IMG/VR virus record: IMGVR_UViG_3300049215_000527
Coordinates: 21,178 to 85,177 of that record
Reading direction: 5' to 3' (one strand)
Source of the DNA: a virus
Length of the DNA stretch: 64,000 bases
Numbering within the stretch: the stretch's first letter is position 1; every line of letters starts with the position of its first letter. The notes beneath the pieces were generated by a model. That model saw only the letters and a list, made by a program, of their open reading frames with translations, was not told the DNA's origin and made no database searches. Positions 1 through 8,355 of the stretch are shown piece by piece. The position numbers and the translations under genes were made by a program.

Positions 1-11
1 TTGGGCTCACG

Positions 12-3000
12 ATGGATGAGTTGGCCTTCACGGAGACCTCGAATCGTAGTGTAGGGGATAGCCAAGAGGCGGTGACGTATCGCAACGCCATCAAGCCCCG
101 CTCTGATTATCTGGCCCGCTATATCACCCGCATTGCCCATCGCTATGATGGCACGCCGCTGTTGTCCCATGCCCCGACCGTCTCCCGCCGTAATGCGCCA
201 ACCAAGAGCCGGGGCGAGTGGGATGCACGGTACAAATTGACCTGGGGGGGCATCGAGGAACCGGACGACTTCGCCACCAAGGCCCAAGCCGTGCAGGGCC
301 TCATGACCAGCGGCGTGCTGACACGATTGCAAGCCAAGCGCGTCCTGAAACTGCCCATTGACCAGGGTGAGCAGGACACGCCGCCCTTCACCGTCTTCAA
401 TGGTGGCATGAGTGCCGTCATTCCGCTGCAAGACATCGACGGCAGTCGCAAGGCCATTATGGCTCAACTCCAAGCGCAGTCGCAGTCGGCCCAAGTCGGC
501 GTGCAGACGGCACAGGCGGGCCTCAAGATCCAGCAGGACCAGGGCAAGATGCTGGACAACCAGGTGAGCCAGGCCGCCCAACAGCAGCAATCCCCCGATC
601 AGTCGGACCAGGGTGGCGACGAAGGTGAAGGCCAACCCCCACCCGATGACGGCAGCCAGGGGCCGGATAACGGCCCCACTGGCACGCCACCAACGCCACC
701 TGCTCCCAAAGGCAGCAAGGGCAAAGCCAGTGCCGCGCCATCGGCGGATACCTCTGGTGACGACGAAGGGGAGAACACCGACCAGGGTGATACGGGGGCA
801 GGCAATGATGCCGCCGCCGAAGCCGAGGTGGATGCGCTGATCGCCCAGGCCAAAGCGAAGGCAGCGGCTAAGGGCAAGAAGACGCAGCGGGCGCAGGCGG
901 TGGATGATGTCTATCTCCCCATGCCGCCGATTGCAGAAGATACCGCCTCAGAGTGGCGACGCTATCGTGAGTTTGCCCTCAATCGGGTGAAGCGCGGTCT
1001 TGCCATCACGCCCTTCACCAGCGATGTCCTGCCCACCCACCTACACACGTATGCCGCCGATGCGTTGCAACGCGCCACGACCCCCGATGCGGTGCGCGCC
1101 GTGTTCGCCGAGATTCGTGATGCGGAGACGCACCCCACGGATTGCCGCTGCATGGTGTGTGGGTGTGGTGAACCAGGGAACGATCACGGCATGCCCTACC
1201 CCGTCATCATTCCTGGCGATACGGAGAATGAGGGGTGCATGGTCGCGTTCTTCTTGCCCGCCTCGCTGTCACAGCAACTGGCGATTCCAGGTGGCATGCC
1301 TCAGCAAGACATGCACATCACTCTTGCCATGCTGGCGAAAGATATCACCGAGACACCAGTGAACAAGGCGCGTCTGTTGGCCGCTGTACAGCAATGGGCG
1401 ACGACGCAAACGCCGATCCAGGTCGATCTTGACCACCTGACGCGCTTCGATGGGGATACCGAGACCTATCCCGTGGTGGTACGCAGTTACACCCAAGCCT
1501 TGATGGATTTGCGGGCCGATTTGGTGGCGGCGCTAGACAATGCGGGCATTGCCATCGACACCACCTATCCCGATTACAAGCCGCATGCGACGCTGTGTTA
1601 TCTGCCGCAAGGTAGCCCGTTGCCTGCGGTACCTGAACCAAACGTGCATGGGAACTTGTCCCAGGTGTGGGTGGCGTATGGCGATGAACGCTACGCCTAT
1701 CCCTTGGGTGGCAACGACGACACCGCCAACATGGCAGAGACCCCCGTCAATGACGCGGTGGTGCAGGAACTGCGGGCCATGCGTACTGACGTGCTGGCGT
1801 TGCTGGGAAGCGAAGTCGTCCAGCCCCCTTTTCCTCTCGCCGTGCAACAGGCGGATGAGCAGCGTTGGGCGGAGCATGAGATTGTCCGTGGGGCGGGCGG
1901 CAAGATCATCGGCAACATCTATGATGGCGTCTTTCACCCCGTAAGTGGCATGCCTCATGCCGAGATCCGTGCTGCTCTGCCTCATGTCGATCCCACCTTC
2001 CACCGCGCCGTCGCCTCCTATCTCGGCAATCACCCGCAAAACATGGCAGAGCAGGCCAACTACTGGCAGGACAAACAACATCTCACGACACTCCTGCGTC
2101 AGGTTGATCCGCTAGAAAAGATGATCGACGCAGCTAAGCGTGAGGTTTCATTCCATACGTGGAATGCACAGGTCTCAGCACATGGTCAATCGCAACTTGA
2201 TGCTGCAAATAGGAATCTAGCAGAATTACTGAGTCTGCAAAAAGAGTTGGCGGAGGAAATCCACAACACACAAAGTCGCTTACAGGCTAGTCCGGTTGCG
2301 GCATCAATCCATCTTTTGCCGCCCACCGTCATCCATGAGCGTGCCGATACGCAACAGACCATCCAAGCCACCTTTGGGCGGGCGCTCTCTGATCAGGAAG
2401 TGGCGAGCCTCGTGGGGGCGCAGCACGGCGACCTCGTGACGGTCACGACCATTGGTGGTGGCTCGGCGCTGCAACTGCATCTTTATCAGCCGGATGGGTT
2501 ATACGAAGCGCAACGCACAGTGGAGCGTGACCCCACGACGGGGCAGATCGCCCTCGACAACAGCGCCTTTCAGGTGCGCGACACAGGGCAAGGCTTGGGG
2601 ACACGGGTGTTCATTGATCAGGTGCGTAGTGCCGCCGCTTTGGGTGTTGCCACCATCCTCACCGTCGGCGGCAAGGGTAACGTCACCACAGACCTGGGCG
2701 TCATGACCAACGCCAACGGCTATTACACCTGGCCGCGCTTGGGGTATACTGGATCATTGATGGCGGACTTCGCCGACAAAGCGTCCCAGGCATTGGGGTA
2801 TCGGGTGACCACCGTGATGGATTTGATGCAAACCCCAGAGGGCCGTGATTACTGGCGGGCCAACGGCTATCAGACCGACCTGTATTTTGATCTGCGACCC
2901 GATAGCCCGTCACGCCAGATCTTGGCTGCCTATGCCGCCGCCAAGGGCCTTGATACCACCGGAGTACAGCGCATGCAACAACCTGACGACCCACAAACGC

Positions 3001-3116
3001 CCCCATGGGTGGATCTCGATTGGACAGAGGCCGACGAAGCCGCCGCTGATGCGGCTTGGGCAAACGTCTTTCCCCCGAAAGATGCCTCTGCTGAAACCCC
3101 TGCCACCGAGGAATAA
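12..3116 (+). CDS. Portal protein C-terminal part fused to 2H phosphoesterase and GNAT domains (frame open to window edge, 5' partial)
   Basis: Portal-like C-terminus (LTWGGIEE...GVLTRLQAKRVLKLP) at the head of the morphogenesis arm; acidic linker; two HxT motifs (MHITL, PHATL); GNAT motif A (TGQGLGTRVF) and NGYYTWPRLGY. Confidence 0.7.
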   Translation: MDELAFTETSNRSVGDSQEAVTYRNAIKPRSDYLARYITRIAHRYDGTPLLSHAPTVSRRNAPTKSRGEWDARYKLTWGGIEEPDDFATKAQAVQGLMTSGVLTRLQAKRVLKLPIDQGEQDTPPFTVFNGGMSAVIPLQDIDGSRKAIMAQLQAQSQSAQVGVQTAQAGLKIQQDQGKMLDNQVSQAAQQQQSPDQSDQGGDEGEGQPPPDDGSQGPDNGPTGTPPTPPAPKGSKGKASAAPSADTSGDDEGENTDQGDTGAGNDAAAEAEVDALIAQAKAKAAAKGKKTQRAQAVDDVYLPMPPIAEDTASEWRRYREFALNRVKRGLAITPFTSDVLPTHLHTYAADALQRATTPDAVRAVFAEIRDAETHPTDCRCMVCGCGEPGNDHGMPYPVIIPGDTENEGCMVAFFLPASLSQQLAIPGGMPQQDMHITLAMLAKDITETPVNKARLLAAVQQWATTQTPIQVDLDHLTRFDGDTETYPVVVRSYTQALMDLRADLVAALDNAGIAIDTTYPDYKPHATLCYLPQGSPLPAVPEPNVHGNLSQVWVAYGDERYAYPLGGNDDTANMAETPVNDAVVQELRAMRTDVLALLGSEVVQPPFPLAVQQADEQRWAEHEIVRGAGGKIIGNIYDGVFHPVSGMPHAEIRAALPHVDPTFHRAVASYLGNHPQNMAEQANYWQDKQHLTTLLRQVDPLEKMIDAAKREVSFHTWNAQVSAHGQSQLDAANRNLAELLSLQKELAEEIHNTQSRLQASPVAASIHLLPPTVIHERADTQQTIQATFGRALSDQEVASLVGAQHGDLVTVTTIGGGSALQLHLYQPDGLYEAQRTVERDPTTGQIALDNSAFQVRDTGQGLGTRVFIDQVRSAAALGVATILTVGGKGNVTTDLGVMTNANGYYTWPRLGYTGSLMADFADKASQALGYRVTTVMDLMQTPEGRDYWRANGYQTDLYFDLRPDSPSRQILAAYAAAKGLDTTGVQRMQQPDDPQTPPWVDLDWTEADEAAADAAWANVFPPKDASAETPATEE

Positions 3117-3209
3117 CCCACTTACCCTCATACGTTACGCGCTGCGATGACTCCCCGTCATCGCATCCTCGCCCTGTTCCCTGAATCTGCCCCCTAGTGA
3201 GGTCCCGCC

Positions 3210-5183
3210 ATGCTCTCGCTCTCTGCCCTCCAAGCCTATATCGCCCAGATTCAGTGTGACTGTGACCGCGTGTGGATCGCCGAGCAACTGCGGGCGCTGC
3301 ACGATGAGTCCGATGATCCCACCTATCGCATGCAGTTGGCGGAGTTGCAGCGGTTCGCCTGTGCCAATCCGATCTTTGGCTACCATCACTATTTCGCAGG
3401 CTGTGCTGATGGCGGTGGCAACAAGGCGGTGGTGCGATCTGATGTCAGTAAGATGGCAGGGATGCAGCATGAGGTGGATCTGCATGAACTAGAAAAGTCT
3501 GATAGATCCGACCGTGAGGCTCTCGATCAAAAAGCGGATCTCGAATCTAAGGCGCTGGCAGCGGCCCAAAAGATGACGCCTGAAGAGCGGCAGGTACTTT
3601 CCGATCATCTGGATCGTATTCAGTCCCAAGTACAGCGCCTGAACGCCGATCTTATCCATGCGTTTGAGAAAAACCCTGAAGCCGATATGAATGACCCCCA
3701 TATTCGCAGCGTTGCCGAGCAACTGCGTACACGGCAAGCGGAAGCGCACATGCTATCCACGCATCTGAGTCGTGCGCAGAATGAAGAGAACGCTCGGCAA
3801 GGGCGTATCGCTGCTTTCGCCAAGTCGATGGCAAAGGATCATGAAGCAGGGCTCAAAAACGTGCAGGAAGCGAAAGCAAGGGATGCCGCAGCCGCAAAGG
3901 CCAAAGCCGATGCCGTGCAAGCGAAAGCCGCGAAAACCGCCGCCCTCGCCCAAGCACGTGCAGAACGCGAGCAACGCCGCCTTGAAGAGATTCAGATGCG
4001 TGAGAATGTGCGTCGCGCGAAGGCGCAGATTGAGATTCGCTACGCCCGTGAGGCTGTGAAGGCTGCTCGCAGCAAACTGGATGATGCGGTGGCGAAACAG
4101 CGCCCCGCCAAATCCATTGCCTCCGCCAAAGAGAAGTTGCGCCAAGCGCGTTTGCAGGTACAGATCCTAAACGCCAAGGAAAAGAACCGTCAATCGGTGC
4201 AGATGAAACTTGACCTAGCCGAGGCGGCCAATAAGCCCACCCGCAAAGCATCGTCCAAACGGGCAATGGTAGCAGACCTCATCCAGCGTACCATGATGCA
4301 GGCCAATATCCTCCGGTTTGGCTGCACGCCAGAGAACGTGATTCGAGGGTATAACGGCCATTTCGCAGGATGTGCGGGTGGCGGTTCCACGGGTAAGGCA
4401 GTCCATTCCCAAGTCATTCACACCCGTGGTGGGATGAAAGCGGAGATCGATCTGCGGATGCACGAACGCGATGCAAAAGCCTTTGTTGCCAAGAATGGTG
4501 CTGCCCAGTACAAGGCGGTGCATGATGATCTCGTGCAACAAGCGAAGGCGGGGGCGGCGCAACTGACGGCAGCTGACAAGACCATCTTGCAAGCCGACCT
4601 CAAAAGCGTGTTAGCTAAGGCGGCGGCGATTGAGCGCAATGGGCAAAGTGCCACGTATTTACGGGATGAGGCGCTGATGTTGCAGCGGCAGTTACAGCGG
4701 GCAGGGGTGACAAAAAGCGCAGGCAAGGCGACGGGGAAACAAAACGTTCCCAGTGCTCCGAAACCCGCCCATAAAACCAGTAACATCCATCCATCCTTTA
4801 CAGTGCCAAAATATGATTTTGATCCGCTGGCCCCGATCAATCCTCGTGCAGTGCATCTCATGTATGGCACGGATAAGTTTCGCCAAGCACTTGTCGAGGA
4901 AACGTTGGCGGGACTGAAAACGGCAGCCAGATCCTGGGCGAATGCCCATCCGGCAGATGGACAGCCCGCATCGTACTCAAAGAAATCGGATCTCGTGGAC
5001 TATTTGTTTGATCGGGTCACCAAACATGATGGCACGATTGCATCATCTGCCGATGTTGCCGCTGCGGTGGCAAAAGAGCCAGTGGTGGATGCGCCGCTTC
5101 CTCCTACTTCTCGTGCCATCCAAGCCACCCTCGTCGCCACCCGTCTCGCGCATCTACGCACCCAACTCGACCGCGTGAAGTGA
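3210..5183 (+). CDS. Modular head-associated protein (two repeated N-terminal units, coiled coil, one SAP/HEH-like repeat)
   Basis: 657 aa ORF between portal and MuF; duplicated R-F-x-C...FAGCAxGG unit; C-terminal helical repeat shared with 8356-11487. Confidence 0.7.
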   Translation: MLSLSALQAYIAQIQCDCDRVWIAEQLRALHDESDDPTYRMQLAELQRFACANPIFGYHHYFAGCADGGGNKAVVRSDVSKMAGMQHEVDLHELEKSDRSDREALDQKADLESKALAAAQKMTPEERQVLSDHLDRIQSQVQRLNADLIHAFEKNPEADMNDPHIRSVAEQLRTRQAEAHMLSTHLSRAQNEENARQGRIAAFAKSMAKDHEAGLKNVQEAKARDAAAAKAKADAVQAKAAKTAALAQARAEREQRRLEEIQMRENVRRAKAQIEIRYAREAVKAARSKLDDAVAKQRPAKSIASAKEKLRQARLQVQILNAKEKNRQSVQMKLDLAEAANKPTRKASSKRAMVADLIQRTMMQANILRFGCTPENVIRGYNGHFAGCAGGGSTGKAVHSQVIHTRGGMKAEIDLRMHERDAKAFVAKNGAAQYKAVHDDLVQQAKAGAAQLTAADKTILQADLKSVLAKAAAIERNGQSATYLRDEALMLQRQLQRAGVTKSAGKATGKQNVPSAPKPAHKTSNIHPSFTVPKYDFDPLAPINPRAVHLMYGTDKFRQALVEETLAGLKTAARSWANAHPADGQPASYSKKSDLVDYLFDRVTKHDGTIASSADVAAAVAKEPVVDAPLPPTSRAIQATLVATRLAHLRTQLDRVK

Positions 5184-5186
5184 CCT

Positions 5187-6662
5187 ATGCCTGATCGTAC
5201 CGCCGCCCTCATCGCCGCTGATGCCCGTATCCGCGCCACCATCATGCGTCTGGAAACCCGTCGCATGCCCAAAGGGCCAGCAGGGTTGCGGCTCGTCACA
5301 CCACAGCGAGAGCGGGTGACGGGGCAGATCGTGCGCGAGGTCGCCTGGCCGCGCTATCTCGTGTGGCACAGCTACATCATGAGTCAGGTGCCGACCTCAG
5401 CCAGCGTCACGGTGATGGCACATCGGTTGCATGGCCACCTCTTGTATCGTGCCGCGTTGTGGTGCCAAGCCCACGGACTGCCCCTGCCCACGAAGGATCA
5501 CACGACGCCACCCGCATGGGCGATGCAGCCCTACCAAACGCTGTCCATCACCCGCGCTGTGGATGACGGCGGCGACCCCGAAGCCTACTGGGATGACTAT
5601 GGTGATTGGCCCGATGCGCTGGAAGGATTGACCCCGCAAGAGATTGCCGCCTGGGGATTGGAAAGCAGCCAACAGGCCAGTGACAGCGCGACCTTTGATG
5701 CCTGGATTGCCAATGAAGTCATGACCGACCTGGGCGTCCTGCAAGTATTGTCCCAAATCTGGAATGGCAGTGCGGCACAATTGGCGATGGGGGAATCGTT
5801 GGGGGCGATGGGCATCACGGGCAGCTTTGATTTGGTTGATCCCACGATGATGTCCTTCCTGCAAAACCAAGCAGGGTTGCTCGTGGGCGGGCAGGCGAAC
5901 CGCTTAGCCAGTGCCGAGCGCAACCTCTTGCAACAGGCGCTGTTCGAGGGGCTAGGCGGCGCTGATGGCGGCGTGGGGCTGGCGATGCCAGGACTTGCCC
6001 GCATGCTGCAAGACGCGATGGCGGCGTATGGCGGGGCGCTGGCCGATATGAGTAGCGCACGGGCGATGATGATTGCCGTGACGGAGACGGCGCGGGCCGA
6101 GACTATCGGCCAGTTTGCCTCGATGCTCGCCACCGGAGCGCAGCAAAAGCAGTGGATTGCCACCGCCGGGGCATGCCAAATCTGCGCTGAAAATGAATCC
6201 GTCAGTCCCATCGGCATTATGGAAGAGTTTCCTAGTGGTGGCCTTGCCCCGCCAATTCACCCTCTGTGCCGATGCTCAATCGCCGCCTACGTCGATCCGA
6301 CCGCACCCTTTGACCCCAAACAATGGGCCAATGCGCCAGGGCAAGATGCCATCAATAGCTTCTTTAGTGACCCCGCCTGGGCCTTGTGGCCCCAGATCCC
6401 TGATGGCGTCGATATGTCGGCGCTACGTGCCACCCAACCCACGCCCAACCTTGCGGCGGAGTGGGCACGGGGCAGCGCACTGGCGACGCGCATTGGCGCC
6501 GTCGCCCAGCGATTCGAGGGGCAGGGTGACACCCTGGATGAACTGGCACACCACCTCACCCCTGCCCAGATGCGCCACGCTGCGAGCGAGATCCGGCAAG
6601 TCATCGTGCAGGATATCAGTGACTTTCGGGCTAGGAGTAATTATCTATTCTCAAACGATTGA
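5187..6662 (+). CDS. MuF / SPP1 gp7-like head morphogenesis protein
   Basis: ARAMMIAVTETARA, KQWIATAGACQIC, PPIHPLCRC motifs. Confidence 0.9.
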   Translation: MPDRTAALIAADARIRATIMRLETRRMPKGPAGLRLVTPQRERVTGQIVREVAWPRYLVWHSYIMSQVPTSASVTVMAHRLHGHLLYRAALWCQAHGLPLPTKDHTTPPAWAMQPYQTLSITRAVDDGGDPEAYWDDYGDWPDALEGLTPQEIAAWGLESSQQASDSATFDAWIANEVMTDLGVLQVLSQIWNGSAAQLAMGESLGAMGITGSFDLVDPTMMSFLQNQAGLLVGGQANRLASAERNLLQQALFEGLGGADGGVGLAMPGLARMLQDAMAAYGGALADMSSARAMMIAVTETARAETIGQFASMLATGAQQKQWIATAGACQICAENESVSPIGIMEEFPSGGLAPPIHPLCRCSIAAYVDPTAPFDPKQWANAPGQDAINSFFSDPAWALWPQIPDGVDMSALRATQPTPNLAAEWARGSALATRIGAVAQRFEGQGDTLDELAHHLTPAQMRHAASEIRQVIVQDISDFRARSNYLFSND

Positions 6663-6707
6663 GTTTTACACTATGATTGAAGTATCAAGAAGCAATGAGG
6701 TACTTCA

Positions 6708-6938
6708 ATGCCAGATGAAAAGCAACCCCAACTGCCCCCTCCCACAGGCTGGATGAGTGCCAAGGGAGCAGGGGAATTTTTAGGGCTAAGCCCTATTACA
6801 GTCCGTAACCTTGTTCGTAACAAGGTGCTTGACCCTGGCTACATTGGTACGAACCTTTATGTCAGTGAGGTAAGTGTTCGGCGCTACGCGAAAGAACGGA
6901 AACCCTCTCATCGCCCTAAGAGCAAAAGTATTAAGTAA
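6708..6938 (+). CDS. Excisionase/MerR-like HTH DNA-binding protein
   Basis: WMSAKGAGEFLGLSPITVRNLV...LYVSEVSVRRY pattern. Confidence 0.8.
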   Translation: MPDEKQPQLPPPTGWMSAKGAGEFLGLSPITVRNLVRNKVLDPGYIGTNLYVSEVSVRRYAKERKPSHRPKSKSIK

Positions 6939-6980
6939 AACTAGAGCGATTGTGTTCCACGTGGAACAGTGGGAGGGAAT

Positions 6981-7235
6981 ATGGATGCCTATGCACGATT
7001 TGCGATCATTCAGGCTGGTTTGCCCCATTGGATGCGCAGAGAAGAGGCCATCTCACTGCTGAAAACTTCTGGTTCCCAACTTTCGAGATGGTGCAAGGCT
7101 GGCGTAATTACAAGCCGAAAAGATTTGAGTGATTTTCGCATTGTCTGGTTGAAACGCAGTGACGTGGAGCAACTCATTGTGAAGCGAGAAAATTCCTCGG
7201 CCCAAAATTGCTCAGAGATCGGATTGCTAAAATGA
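6981..7235 (+). CDS. Second excisionase/MerR-like HTH protein
   Basis: WMRREEAISLLKTSGSQLSRWCKAGVI...WLKRSDVEQL; GGAGG RBS before ATG 6981. Confidence 0.75.
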   Translation: MDAYARFAIIQAGLPHWMRREEAISLLKTSGSQLSRWCKAGVITSRKDLSDFRIVWLKRSDVEQLIVKRENSSAQNCSEIGLLK

Positions 7236-7836
7236 CTCATTCCCGAAACGCATCTTTGTAATGTTCGGGTAAGGTCATGCACACCAACGATGTAGATCCG
7301 CAAAAATGCGAATCCTCAATCTGACTTTTCCTTGCTGCTGCAATTGGATGGCGCTGATTGCACTCACCCCCCTTGTTCAATGTGTGCCACCCTGCCACAA
7401 AAGCCGTCAAATGCCAAAACTCAACTCGCACGTTACACGGTTGCTTGCCAAGAATGGGAAAAATCCAGCACCTCAATTCCTCCAAAGCATGGTTTTAGGC
7501 CAGTTGAGGCGGTCTTTTGCCCGATTTTGGGAAGGATTGAGGTGCAAAAATTTGACGGCCTGTTTTCGGACACGTGGGACCCGATCCACTTACGAATGAT
7601 TGCCTGCCTGTTGAGTTGAGAAATCTGCCGTTAGCTATTTCGTAATGTCCGGCAAGTAGTTAATCAATCACTTGATTGGCTGGTGTGCGAGGTATGGGTG
7701 ATGGGACCGATGGCAGTGGTGACGGTGGCGGGTGACGGTGGTGGTGGCGAGTGACCGCCAGGTATGAGGTACGTGCGATGCTGACTCCCCAAGCGTTACA
7801 GGATTATTGTGGAATGACACGATAAAAATCTCATCT

Positions 7837-8104
7837 TCGCCAGGATTCCTGTCCCCAAAATGACATCAATCCAGGAGTACCCAGAGATGTGCTGCTTAAC
7901 TGCTTTGCCATGATTCGCGTCGAGATCATGTACCCCTTTGCGAATGCATGAATTGATGCCTCGCAACGCTTGCTGTCCCGACGCGAATCATGGCAAATGG
8001 GATAGTAATGATGGCATTCAGAATCGGGATCATTGCGCGGGACAAGAATCATGGCAACGACCAAACGTGGAACCCGCTTTTTACGTGCGCACGAATCCTG
8101 GCAA
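7837..8104. repeat. Array of five GAATC(A/C)TGGC(A/G)A motifs (two inverted, three direct), including a perfect 19-bp inverted repeat
   Basis: tttgccatgattcgcgtcg (7904-7922) is the exact reverse complement of 7979-7997; further copies at about 7837-7848, 8046-8057 and 8093-8104. Confidence 0.85.
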
Positions 8105-8134
8105 CGCGGACTTTTATCCTGTCAACCCACACTG

Positions 8135-8350
8135 ATGTCCCCCACCCCTGACTATCCCGCCGTGATTCGTGCCGCTGGCCCTGATGCCATGCATGCCTAT
8201 GACGCCCTCATCCAACGCCTCACCGCCGCCAATGGCGCGGCGGGGCCAGCGACGCTGTACCCTGAAGAGGTCGAACTGCTGGTGCATCAGGCGGGTGGCC
8301 CTATCCCACCAGACCTCTTGCAGCACCCCATCCCCCCTGATACGGAGTAA
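8135..8350 (+). CDS. Small hypothetical protein
   Basis: 71 aa ORF ending 5 nt before 8356; AGGPIPPDL resembles AGKPIPDDL in the next ORF. Confidence 0.5.
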   Translation: MSPTPDYPAVIRAAGPDAMHAYDALIQRLTAANGAAGPATLYPEEVELLVHQAGGPIPPDLLQHPIPPDTE

Positions 8351-8355
8351 CGCTG

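Noticed and set aside
7700-7760. GGT-rich tract as a G-quadruplex or tandem repeat
   Set aside because: Only GG runs and irregular units; too weak alone, so folded into the non-coding island finding
7237-8064. Short ORFs across the non-coding island (e.g. 7306-7599, 7332-7619, 7831-8064)
   Set aside because: No convincing RBS, atypical composition and mutually overlapping
7837-8104. Possible CRISPR mini-array
   Set aside because: Repeats are only about 12 bp, occur in both orientations, are irregularly spaced, and there are no cas genes
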